A stretch of DNA of 55,892 bases. It comes from an uncultured Vampirovibrionales bacterium. Its GTDB lineage: Bacteria > Cyanobacteriota > Vampirovibrionia > Vampirovibrionales > JAJTHC01. This document shows positions 47,536-55,835 of this stretch, one piece after another; position 1 is the stretch's first letter, and every line of letters starts with the position of its first letter. A program made the translations under genes and the position numbers. Below the pieces are notes generated by a model, which saw only the letters and a list, made by a program, of their open reading frames with translations, was not told the origin of the DNA and searched no databases. The stretch covers positions 1-55,892 of the forward strand of contig CAZDMD010000001.1 in the NCBI GenBank assembly GCA_964506805.1, read 5' to 3'.

Positions 47536-47997
47536 ATGAGAAAAACACCGCTCGATTTACCCAACACCCTAGAAGCCCTCAATGCCTTGGAAGCTGAAGA
47601 CGTCAAGCACTTATGGCAACGCTATTTTAAAATCCCCCCCAAGCACCTCAAAAGTGCAATGCTCAAACCCCTTTGGTATGAAATTCAGTGTGAACGTCAA
47701 AAGTTGAAACTCCCTCAAAAAGTCATCACCAAATTGAACCGCTATTCAAAAGACGTGAATCATAAGGTCACACGGGCGTGTAAAGTCAAGTACACGCTGT
47801 CCACAGGCACCGACATCATTAAGATGTTTAAAAACAAAGAATACAAAGTGAGCGTCCTAGGCGAAAACCAGTTTTTGTATAATCAGCTGACCTACAACAG
47901 CCTTTCTGCGGTGGCAAAAGTCATTTGCGGTCATAAAGTTTCAGGCAATGATTTCTTTGGCTTAAACAACAAAAAGGTGCGTTATGAAAATCAATAA
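47536..47997 (+). CDS. DUF2924-like protein (usual partner of large serine recombinases)
   Basis: LWQRYFKIPPKHLKSAMLKPLWYEIQCE and YKV...FLYNQLTYNSLSAVAKVICGHKVSGNDFFGL. It overlaps the recombinase start by 14 nt. Confidence 0.7.
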   Translation: MRKTPLDLPNTLEALNALEAEDVKHLWQRYFKIPPKHLKSAMLKPLWYEIQCERQKLKLPQKVITKLNRYSKDVNHKVTRACKVKYTLSTGTDIIKMFKNKEYKVSVLGENQFLYNQLTYNSLSAVAKVICGHKVSGNDFFGLNNKKVRYENQ

Positions 47998-49504
47998 CTG
48001 TGCGATTTATATTCGAAAGTCCAGTGAAAAAGGCTTGGAACAAGATTTTAACTCCCTCCATAATCAGGAAGAGGCCTGTAAAGCCTATATTTTATCCCAA
48101 GCCTATAACGGCTGGCAACATTACAAAACCTATGAAGATGGCGGACTCTCAGGCGGGAGTATGAAGCGTCCTGCCTTACAAGCGCTCTTAAAGGATATGG
48201 AAAATGGGGTCATTCAAACCGTCGTGGTTTATAAGGTCGACCGATTGTCTCGTTCCATTATCGATTTTTACCACATGATGCAAACCTTTGACAAGCATAA
48301 TTGTAGTTTCGTGTCGATTACGCAATCCTTTGACACCTCTAACTCAATGGGCAAGCTGACCTTGAATATGCTGCTGTCCTTTGCACAATTTGAACGAGAG
48401 GTGTCGTCTGAACGCATTCGAGATAAGATGCAAGCCAGCAAAGCCAAAGGCTTGTGGATGGGAGGGCCTTGCCCCTTGGGCTATACTCTTGAAGACAAAA
48501 AACTGCAGATTCATCCCAAAGAAGCAGAGCTGGTTCGGCAGATATTTACGCAATACCTCAAACTTGAATCCGTCCATACGCTCAGGCAATGGCTCAAAGA
48601 CGAGGGCTACCAAGGGAAACGAGGCGTGGCGTTTAGTCTTAGTGGACTACACCGCCTTTTAAGCAATCCGCTTTATACGGGTAAAGTCGTTCATAAACGA
48701 CTCGGTAAAATCTATGACGGTCAACACGAACCAATCCTTTCAGATGAATTATTTGAAGCCGTGCAACTCAAGTTGTCACAACGCTTTAAAGAAAAGGAAT
48801 CTCGAAAGGCCTATACCTTTCAAGAAAACCTACTAAACGGTATTTTTTACACCGAAGCAGGCGAAGGCTTTAAGTATTCCAATGCTAAAAAACAACAAAA
48901 ACACTTTAATTATTACTACGTCAAAGGAACCTACTTGGCCGCCGAACAAATCGAGACACAGGTGATTCAAGCACTGGCTTTCTTGGATTTATCTGAAGAT
49001 GCCTTACGGTCTTCGCTGAGTCAAGTGATTTATCGCAAAGCAGACCCTCTCGCTGAACTAGAAATACATCTGACCCTCAATGATTCGCTCGGTCACTTGA
49101 AATTGCCTCCTCATGCCGTGTTGAGCATGGATCAGAAAATCCTTATTTTAAGCACCCATCTGCTGATTAACAATCAGGCCCAAACCACTTTACGAGGAAC
49201 CCCAAACAAAAGCATCCTCTCCATCCACGAGATGAATGAGCAGGTAATTCAAGGAATTTCCTTGGCCTGGCATTACAGAAGTCTGTGGAAGCAAGGCGTC
49301 AGCGTTGAAGACATTGCCAAACAGGAATCCACAGGCAAGCGAAAAATACAGAAATATCTGGCTTTAACCCTCCTCTCTCCACCGATTATTGAAGCCCTAC
49401 TGAACTACCAAAACCCTCAACATTTTACCCTCACCCAACTCATTACACTCGCCGAACAAACCCCTGATTTTGACCAACAAGCACTCGCCTACTTTGGCAT
49501 GTAA
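47984..49504 (+). CDS. Large serine recombinase (resolvase/invertase N-terminal domain plus recombinase domain)
   Basis: CAIYIRKSSEKG (catalytic Ser context), YEDGGLSGGSMKRPALQALL, VVVYKVDRLSRS, FAQFEREVSSERIRDK, PCPLGY. Confidence 0.9.
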   Translation: MKINNCAIYIRKSSEKGLEQDFNSLHNQEEACKAYILSQAYNGWQHYKTYEDGGLSGGSMKRPALQALLKDMENGVIQTVVVYKVDRLSRSIIDFYHMMQTFDKHNCSFVSITQSFDTSNSMGKLTLNMLLSFAQFEREVSSERIRDKMQASKAKGLWMGGPCPLGYTLEDKKLQIHPKEAELVRQIFTQYLKLESVHTLRQWLKDEGYQGKRGVAFSLSGLHRLLSNPLYTGKVVHKRLGKIYDGQHEPILSDELFEAVQLKLSQRFKEKESRKAYTFQENLLNGIFYTEAGEGFKYSNAKKQQKHFNYYYVKGTYLAAEQIETQVIQALAFLDLSEDALRSSLSQVIYRKADPLAELEIHLTLNDSLGHLKLPPHAVLSMDQKILILSTHLLINNQAQTTLRGTPNKSILSIHEMNEQVIQGISLAWHYRSLWKQGVSVEDIAKQESTGKRKIQKYLALTLLSPPIIEALLNYQNPQHFTLTQLITLAEQTPDFDQQALAYFGM

Positions 49505-49544
49505 ATACAGGGGTTATCTTTATTCTAAACACCTTAAATAGCGT

Positions 49545-49693
49545 GTATAGTTTTCGATAGATGAAATAGGCTATGAGACTACTCTAGGAGCCTAGATTTT
49601 TTTTGTGCGGGCGTGTACATAGACGTACATAACCAAACAAAAAAATCGTAGCGACAACGAAGAGGCCATAGACCATTTTATCTAATAGTCGTG
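49545..49693 (+). repeat. Dispersed intergenic repeat (MITE-like), copy 3, more diverged
   Basis: ctaggagcctagattttttttgtg....aaatcgtagcgacaacg, with ends tatagttttcg / taatagtcgtg. Confidence 0.6.
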
Positions 49694-49803
49694 CCTTTTG
49701 AAATTAGGGCAATGTATAGAAACGCCGAAAAAAGCGGATACCTGAGCCATTAAAAAGGTATACCTGAATCTAAGGTGAGTACCCATCCGTCTTAGACTCG
49801 CAC

Positions 49804-49872
49804 ACACGGCGTTTTTTGAGTGTGAATCCTGTAAATCCTTACTATGACTGGTTCTTAAAGGAAAGTGGTGGA
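49804..49872 (+). repeat. att-like direct repeat, proximal copy, overlapping the last 7 nt of tRNA-Ala
   Basis: See 7431-7499. The last 7 nt (49866-49872) are the tRNA 3' end including CCA. Confidence 0.7.
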
Positions 49873-49941
49873 GGTTAGCGGATTCGAACCGCTGGCCTTC
49901 TCAATGCCATTGAGACGCGCTACCAACTGCGCCAAACCCCC
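49866..49941 (-). tRNA. tRNA-Ala(GGC): tRNA-Ala, anticodon GGC, CCA encoded
   Basis: The reverse complement is GGGGGTTTGGCGCAGTTGGTAGCGCGTCTCAATGGCATTGAGAAGGCCAGCGGTTCGAATCCGCTAACCTCCACCA (76 nt). It shows the G3:U70 Ala identity pair, anticodon stem TCTCA/TGAGA with loop ATGGCAT, and T-loop GGTTCGAATCC. Confidence 0.93.
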
Positions 49942-50127
49942 ACGCATTCAATTCTTTATCATCATACTGAATCAAAGTGAAAGTGCAAGCCTTTTGTGAA
50001 GAATTATTGAAAGGACTCTCAACATAAAAACGCCTCCCTCCAAAAACGATTCTGTAAATCGTTTGGCGATTCTCTTGCTTTACGCTAAAATAAAATAATA
50101 AAATCGTTTCAAGGACAAGTACCCCGA

Positions 50128-51381
50128 ATGTCAAACGCTCGCACCGCGATGCCTCAAACGCAACTCAACGTTTTGCGTTATCCCACCGACGCATCGACTT
50201 TCACGCCTGCTTCGCTCTTTAGCCTTGCCCCGAGTATGGATCACGTCCCCACCCCTGAAACACAGGAGGCTTTTTTTGGCGTGTTACAAGCTCAAAATCC
50301 TGCCTTTAAAGCCACCTTCAAACGCTTTTCCTCACGAGCCTTTAAACGACTCAATCTAAAAGAAGCAGAAGCCTTGCTACTGAGTTTGGTAGAAGAAGGC
50401 TTTTCCGCTGATGTTTTGCATCTGCACTTGGATTGGTTTTGCTACACAGGACGCTTTGCCCCCTTTCAAACCATGGGCTTATGGATGCAGCTTTTTCAAA
50501 TTTTTCGAGACAAGCCCTTGCTTTTGTTTGGACATGAACTCCCTAGCTTTTTAAATCATTCGCTTATGGTAAAAGAACGTGCCATTTGGAAGCAGTGGTG
50601 TGAACATTTTGAAGCAACACCGCAGCATCGTTTGGTTTTGCATCATCCGCATCACGCTATGGCGTGGCAGGCGTTTGGACTCCCTTTAGAATCTATACGC
50701 TTTTTGCCTAAACCTATGGATGCTCACAAAGTCCCTGAACGCTACCCTATTCAACCTTCGCTGTATGCGTTGGTCAAAAATCGTTTGCAGGCAAGCGTCG
50801 AGCGTCCCGTCCAAGTGATAGGGGTTATACCAAGTGATGATGACCCGACAAGCCTTGCTTTATTGACGGATGCTTTGACGCAAATGCCAGAGCATATTAA
50901 GTGCTTGGTTTTGGGTGGTAGTCAGGCTCAGCGTCCGCAATTTAAATGGGAACAAGATTTATTGCCTTTGATTCAGACGAAGCAGTTGGCAAGTCGTATG
51001 GTGCTAACAGGCGAAGTCCACGAGTCTGAACAGCATAGCTATATCAATGCGTGTGATTTGTTTTATTTGTGCCATCGGCATCACCTCGACGACTTTCAGC
51101 GACAAATCCATGGGGTTTTATCTGAAGCCAAACCTGTTTTAGTCCCTGCTTTTAGTGAAAGTGTTCAGGGGCTTCATCATTTATTCCCAGAGGCATGGCG
51201 AGATACCGCCGTGTTTAAAACAGGTTCGGTGGATGCCATTCGTGAACATATTTTAGGGGTGTTGAATCCCAGGCAGGCGGAGTTTCAAAAGTCGTTTACG
51301 CCTTTGTTGAATGCCATGAGTTTAGAAGCGGTTACCCTACAATACTGGCAGCAGTATCGATCGATGAATGTGCTTTTTTAA
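50128..51381 (+). CDS. Hypothetical 417-aa protein, possibly glycosyltransferase-fold (weak)
   Basis: Long ORF with higher GC. The C-terminal half (VIGVIPSDDD...CLVLGG...VLTGEV...ACDLFYL) loosely resembles a GT-B C-terminal domain. Confidence 0.5.
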   Translation: MSNARTAMPQTQLNVLRYPTDASTFTPASLFSLAPSMDHVPTPETQEAFFGVLQAQNPAFKATFKRFSSRAFKRLNLKEAEALLLSLVEEGFSADVLHLHLDWFCYTGRFAPFQTMGLWMQLFQIFRDKPLLLFGHELPSFLNHSLMVKERAIWKQWCEHFEATPQHRLVLHHPHHAMAWQAFGLPLESIRFLPKPMDAHKVPERYPIQPSLYALVKNRLQASVERPVQVIGVIPSDDDPTSLALLTDALTQMPEHIKCLVLGGSQAQRPQFKWEQDLLPLIQTKQLASRMVLTGEVHESEQHSYINACDLFYLCHRHHLDDFQRQIHGVLSEAKPVLVPAFSESVQGLHHLFPEAWRDTAVFKTGSVDAIREHILGVLNPRQAEFQKSFTPLLNAMSLEAVTLQYWQQYRSMNVLF

Positions 51382-51393
51382 TCGACACCACTT

Positions 51394-51594
51394 TATATAG
51401 ACGCTCTATACTCGATTAAAGATGTTTCCGAACAGTAGGCTAGACGATAATCCTAGACGAGGAGCCTAGATTATTTTGTGAAGGAGTGTAGATAGACCTA
51501 CATGACTGAACAAAATCATCGTAGCGACAAAGTATAGACGCTCTACAAGAAATTATGAATACGACTATACAAGAAATTATGGGGACGACTATAC
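51394..51594 (+). repeat. Dispersed intergenic repeat (MITE-like), copy 4, with a duplicated right end
   Basis: ctagacgaggagcctagattattttgtgaaggagtgtagatagacctacatgactgaacaaaatcatcgtagcgacaaagtatagacgctctacaagaaattatgaatacgactat, followed by a second acaagaaattatggggacgactat. Confidence 0.75.
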
Positions 51595-51620
51595 AAAACA
51601 CAATAGCAAGCTGTAAACAG

Positions 51621-51649
51621 ACAGGGTGTTGTATGACACAACACCCTGT
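51621..51649. terminator. Perfect 12-bp stem hairpin downstream of the lipoprotein gene
   Basis: acagggtgttgt / loop atgac / acaacaccctgt. There is no strong T-run, so terminator function is uncertain. Confidence 0.4.
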
Positions 51650-51698
51650 CGAACTAACAAATTAAATTAAATGAAATAAAATTTAATCTCGTTAAAAA

Positions 51699-51956
51699 TT
51701 AGCCGTGATGCTCGCCAGCATGTCCTTCTTCAGCATGTCCTTCTTCAGCAGGAGCAGCTTCTTCTTTCATTGCACCTTCTTCAGCAGGAGCGGTTTCTTC
51801 TTTCATTGCACCTTCTTCAGCACCCATTTCTTCAACGGCAACAGGTTCTGTGGTAGTCGTTGTGCTTTCAGCACTTTCCATGCAACCTGTTAAAGCGAAA
51901 GAACTGGCTAAAGCAAGAGAAACAAGAGACAATCCGAATAATTTAAACATCGTCAA
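51699..51956 (-). CDS. Small acidic lipoprotein with tandem EEGAMKEE(T/A)APA repeats and a His-rich C-terminus
   Basis: Signal peptide plus lipobox MTMFKLFGLSLVSLALASSFALTGC. Repeat AEEGAMKEETAPAEEGAMKEEAAPAEEGHAEEGHAGEHHG. Confidence 0.75.
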   Translation of the reverse strand: MTMFKLFGLSLVSLALASSFALTGCMESAESTTTTTEPVAVEEMGAEEGAMKEETAPAEEGAMKEEAAPAEEGHAEEGHAGEHHG

Positions 51957-52195
51957 AACTCCTAATTAAGTAAATTAAAACAAACGATTCGATTGTATCA
52001 GCCTAGAATCGAACGAATTCAATTTTAATTGCCCATACAACGTCATACAAATGCTACTCTATCAGAAAAATAAAAAAGTGGCATTGTTTTTATTTTGAAA
52101 ATGATAAAAATCTCCTCATCTAAATTCGTCTTCACAGCCCCCTATGTTTGAATTAGTATAAAGGATAGATGAAAAATCCCAATAAAGGACTCCGT

Positions 52196-53470
52196 ATGTT
52201 TGCCAGTGATTTTACGTTTGATTCGATTGAAGAGGCTTTAACCGCACTCAAAGCAGGACGGTGCGTCGTGTTAGTCGATGATGAAGATCGTGAGAATGAA
52301 GGGGATTTAGTGGCTTTGGCGGATCGTATTACCCCTGAAACGATTAACTTTATGGCAGTCGAAGGGCGGGGTTTAATTTGTTTGGCTTTGACGCCTGAAC
52401 GATGCAAGCAGCTGGATTTGCCTCAAATGGTTACCCAAAATGAAGAAATCATGCAAACGGCGTTTACTGTGAGCATTGACGGACATCCGAAATATGGGGT
52501 CAGCACAGGTATTTCTGCAAGCGATCGAGCCAAAACCATTCAACTTGCTGTGGCATTAGATGCCAAGCCTAGTGATCTCCGTCGCCCTGGACACATCTTC
52601 CCCCTACGAGCCAAAAAGGGAGGCGTGCTTGAGCGTGTCGGACACACCGAAGCCAGCGTCGATTTGGCACGACTGGCAGGGGCTTTGCCTGCAGGTGTGA
52701 TTTGCGAAATTATGAATGAAGACGGTACCATGGCACGTCGCAATGAATTACAAGCCTTTGCCCAGCATCATGGGTTGCCGTTTATCAGTATTGCCCAGTT
52801 GGTGTCGTATCGCTTGGGGACTGAAACGACGATTAAACGCATTTCTACCGCTAAAATGCCCACTCGTTTTGGGGAGTTTCAAATCGTGGCGTATGAAAAC
52901 ACCTTGAATGAATCGGAGCATGTGGCGTTGGTGAAAATCCCCGACACCTTTGAAGGCAATGAAACGCCTCTCGTGCGTGTGCATTCAGAATGTTTGACAG
53001 GCGATTTATTGGGGAGTTTGCGGTGCGATTGTGGCTTTCAGCTTCATGGGGCGTTAGAACAAATTGCCGACTATGGACACGGTGCCTTGGTGTATCTGCG
53101 TCAACATGAAGGACGAGGCATTGGTCTCAACAATAAAATCCGTGCGTATGCCTTGCAGGATGAGGGATTGGATACCGTTGAGGCGAATCACAAACTGGGC
53201 TTTAAGGCGGATTTACGGCAATACGGTATTGGGGCTCAAATTATTAGGGATTTGGGCTTTCATCGATTTGATTTACTCACGAATAATCCCCGAAAAATAA
53301 GGGGCTTAGATGGCTACGGTCTTGAAATTCGTCAGCGTGTCCCCTTGTTGAAGGGGGTTCAGGAAGACAACTTGTTTTATCTGCAAACGAAAAAAGACAA
53401 GCTCGGGCATTTAATAGAAAATCTGGAAGAAGCGTCTGAAAAAAGCAGTACATGTAAGGGGACTTTATGA
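52196..53470 (+). CDS. ribBA: Bifunctional 3,4-dihydroxy-2-butanone-4-phosphate synthase / GTP cyclohydrolase II (RibBA)
   Basis: VLVDDEDRENEGDL, GHTEASVDLARLAG (RibB); VRVHSECLTGDLLGSLRCDCG, YLRQHEGRGIGL (RibA). I prefer ATG 52196 (better RBS spacing); the track start is 52169. Confidence 0.93.
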   Translation: MFASDFTFDSIEEALTALKAGRCVVLVDDEDRENEGDLVALADRITPETINFMAVEGRGLICLALTPERCKQLDLPQMVTQNEEIMQTAFTVSIDGHPKYGVSTGISASDRAKTIQLAVALDAKPSDLRRPGHIFPLRAKKGGVLERVGHTEASVDLARLAGALPAGVICEIMNEDGTMARRNELQAFAQHHGLPFISIAQLVSYRLGTETTIKRISTAKMPTRFGEFQIVAYENTLNESEHVALVKIPDTFEGNETPLVRVHSECLTGDLLGSLRCDCGFQLHGALEQIADYGHGALVYLRQHEGRGIGLNNKIRAYALQDEGLDTVEANHKLGFKADLRQYGIGAQIIRDLGFHRFDLLTNNPRKIRGLDGYGLEIRQRVPLLKGVQEDNLFYLQTKKDKLGHLIENLEEASEKSSTCKGTL

Positions 53471-54030
53471 TGATCAGTCAAATCAGTAGCCAAGCAAAAG
53501 TCTCTGCCTTTCAGTCGTCTTTTCAATCATCTAAAGCGTGGCAATGGGGTCAAACGCAACGGCTTAAAATCGTTATGATTACCGCCACGTTTAACACGCA
53601 AATCACCCAAGCCTTGGAAAATGGAGCGAAACAACTTTTAGAGGCACTGCCTCATGTACAGGTGCAGTCCCTTTACGCACCTGGTGCGGTGGAATTGCCC
53701 GTGCTAGCTCAACACGCCTTAAAAGCAGGAGCAGATGCCGTGATTTGTCTCGGCTGTGTGATTCGAGGGGATACCACGCATTACGATTATGTGTGTTCCA
53801 TGACGGCACAAGGCATCATGCAAGTGAGTTTACAATCAGGTAAGCCTGTGATCTTTGGCGTGTTGACGTGTGAAAACGAGGCTCAAGCCATCGCTCGTAT
53901 GCTAGATGATTTAAACGATGCGGATGAAGCAACTGTCGCTAAACTGCAAGGTTTACCTGTGGTGGGGAATAAAGGGCGTGAAGCCGCCGAAGCCGTGCTT
54001 CAAAGCCTCTATGCTATTCATTGCTTATAG
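53467..54030 (+). CDS. ribH: 6,7-dimethyl-8-ribityllumazine synthase (RibH) with a long N-terminal extension
   Basis: LKIVMITATFNTQIT, VQSLYAPGAVELPVLAQ, AVICLGCVIRGDTTHYDYV, KPVIFGVLTCEN. Start overlaps the ribBA stop (ATGA). Confidence 0.88.
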   Translation: MMISQISSQAKVSAFQSSFQSSKAWQWGQTQRLKIVMITATFNTQITQALENGAKQLLEALPHVQVQSLYAPGAVELPVLAQHALKAGADAVICLGCVIRGDTTHYDYVCSMTAQGIMQVSLQSGKPVIFGVLTCENEAQAIARMLDDLNDADEATVAKLQGLPVVGNKGREAAEAVLQSLYAIHCL

Positions 54031-54137
54031 TATATCCTCCCATGAATAAAAGGGTATAGCACATTATATTTATCTGTAGGTTTTATGTTGAAGTAATACA
54101 AAAATGTTTAACACCCGAAAAGTAGGGATTTAATCTC

Positions 54138-54656
54138 ATGAAACTCACCTCTGTCGCAGATAATTTAAAACTTTTTTATCAAAAAATGCCTACCCCCCCC
54201 CCCCTGGGTGGTATTGAAAATAGGCTTTTGTTACACGACACACTGGCTCATAACTTTCTAGGTCATAATGACATAAGCTATGAAGGAGAAATGCGAGGTG
54301 TTATAGATGAAGGAATCCTAAGAAACCATTTGAATTTACCTAGTGCTGAAGTAGGCGGAGCCACAAGTATCCCAACTAATCCTAATGAATTTCTTGACTT
54401 TGTCAATACCAAAGGACGTCAGACTTATGCTAATGAATCAAAACAAAGCGTCAATGCTCTCCCACTAATTGACAGACAAACCGTTTCAAAGTGGTATCAG
54501 GAAGCCAATCAACGTCTAAATAAAGTCTGTTCAATAAATCCCCATTTCACAGAGATGTTCTTTAACCTTTCCCAAAAGGGAAAAGAGCTAGATATATTAA
54601 AACTCTTGGAGGTCAAAGTACCTTTAGAATGGTTTGCCGAACTTTATCAAAAATAA
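54138..54656 (+). CDS. Hypothetical 172-aa protein carrying a C12 homopolymer near its 5' end
   Basis: ORF with no recognisable motif. Codons 17-22 (PTPPPL) are encoded by the poly-C tract. Confidence 0.5.
   Translation: MKLTSVADNLKLFYQKMPTPPPLGGIENRLLLHDTLAHNFLGHNDISYEGEMRGVIDEGILRNHLNLPSAEVGGATSIPTNPNEFLDFVNTKGRQTYANESKQSVNALPLIDRQTVSKWYQEANQRLNKVCSINPHFTEMFFNLSQKGKELDILKLLEVKVPLEWFAELYQK
54193..54204 (+). repeat. Homopolymeric C12 tract inside a coding region
   Basis: The sequence reads atgcctaCCCCCCCCCCCCtgggtgg; I counted 12 consecutive C. Confidence 0.9.
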
Positions 54657-54727
54657 CAATCAGACAATGAAAATATTATTGCAGAGCTGTCTATACTATA
54701 AATCTGATTATGTGTTAATATCTTGAG

Positions 54728-55759
54728 ATGCAAATAGATCCTTTTACAACAGATATTGGTCAAGCAATAGAGACCCTAAAATCGGGGGGACTCGTGGGCT
54801 TGCCGACTGAAACAGTCTATGGCTTAGCGGCGGATGCCCGTAACCCCCAAGCCATTGCACGTATTTTTGAACTCAAGGAACGCCCCAAACAGCACCCCTT
54901 AATTCTACATGTGGCAGATACCCCTAACGCATGGAAGCCTTATACAACCGCAACGCATTCTCTGATTGACGCACTGGCACATGCGTTTTGGCCAGGTGCG
55001 ATGACGCTGATTCTCCCGAAAAGCGAGGCGGTTTCTCCATTGATTACAGGCGGAAAAAATAGCGTGGGGATTCGAGTGCCTCAACATCCTTTGGCACAAG
55101 CGGTTTTAAAAGAAAGCAATTTGGCACTCGTGGCACCTTCCGCAAATCGTTTTGGGCATATTAGCCCCACCACCGCTCAACATGTGTGGGATGAATTCAA
55201 AGATTCTCCCTTGATTCAGGGCTTTCCTTTTCAGATTTTAGACGGTGGCACGGCGTCGATTGGTTTAGAATCCACGATTATAGATGCCTGCGATATTGCC
55301 GAAAAAAGGCTTGTGATTAGACGCTTGGGGCAAATCAGCCAAGAGGCCATTGAAGCCGTCGCATCTAGGTTTGGGGTATCCGTTTCGATTTGGCAGGAAA
55401 ATGCCGAAACGCATGAAACAACCCTTGCTTCAGGGACGTATGCACGACACTATGCCCCCCAAACCCCGAGCCAGTTGATTCACGTCGGGGATTTTGAAGA
55501 GGCGTTGTGGGAAGAAAGCCGTCGGGCAGACGGCAAAGCGATTGGGGTTTTAGCCTTTCACGCTCAACCTGATTCGCTAGAAGGCACGTTGATTTGGAAA
55601 GAAGCCCCTGAATCGGCGGAAGAGTATGCTCATCATCTTTATGCCACTTTACGGGAGCTAGATGAAGCGGGCTGTTCGACGATACTGATTGAACGTCCTC
55701 CACTACAAAAGGAATGGTTGGCGATTTTGGATCGCTTAACACGTGCCACAACGCGTTGA
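54728..55759 (+). CDS. tsaC: L-threonylcarbamoyladenylate synthase, long Sua5/YwlC-type (t6A biosynthesis)
   Basis: GGLVGLPTETVYGLAADA, HPLILHV, FWPGAMTLIL, VGIRVPQHP, VAPSANRFGHISPTTAQHV, plus a C-terminal Sua5 domain. Confidence 0.9.
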   Translation: MQIDPFTTDIGQAIETLKSGGLVGLPTETVYGLAADARNPQAIARIFELKERPKQHPLILHVADTPNAWKPYTTATHSLIDALAHAFWPGAMTLILPKSEAVSPLITGGKNSVGIRVPQHPLAQAVLKESNLALVAPSANRFGHISPTTAQHVWDEFKDSPLIQGFPFQILDGGTASIGLESTIIDACDIAEKRLVIRRLGQISQEAIEAVASRFGVSVSIWQENAETHETTLASGTYARHYAPQTPSQLIHVGDFEEALWEESRRADGKAIGVLAFHAQPDSLEGTLIWKEAPESAEEYAHHLYATLRELDEAGCSTILIERPPLQKEWLAILDRLTRATTR

Positions 55760-55835
55760 GGGTTGACTCACATTTAGTTGTATAGTAATGTTTATTTTAT
55801 TTAATTTCGGAATAATACCCACAAGTACATAATAG

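Larger units (their letters stand above)
7500..49872. mobile_element. About 42-kb composite genomic island at tRNA-Ala(GGC) with a serine-recombinase/terminase core and stacked defence cargo
   Basis: It is bounded by the 69-nt direct repeats. The recombinase gene is adjacent to the tRNA 3' end, and composition is mosaic (the BREX block is visibly more AT-rich). Confidence 0.65.

Noticed and set aside
51705-51893. 62-aa plus-strand ORF antisense to the lipoprotein gene
   Set aside because: It is a low-complexity Phe/Ser-rich mirror of the repeat. The minus-strand ORF has a proper signal peptide and lipobox.
51957-52195. FMN (RFN) riboswitch upstream of ribBA
   Set aside because: The leader is AT-rich and lacks the conserved GC-rich RFN core segments, so there is no support in the sequence.
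53467-53580. Treating the ~35-aa N-terminal extension of RibH as a separate feature or fusion
   Set aside because: It is probably just start-codon ambiguity or a lineage-specific extension. The ATGA coupling with ribBA supports the long form, but nothing else can be said from the sequence.
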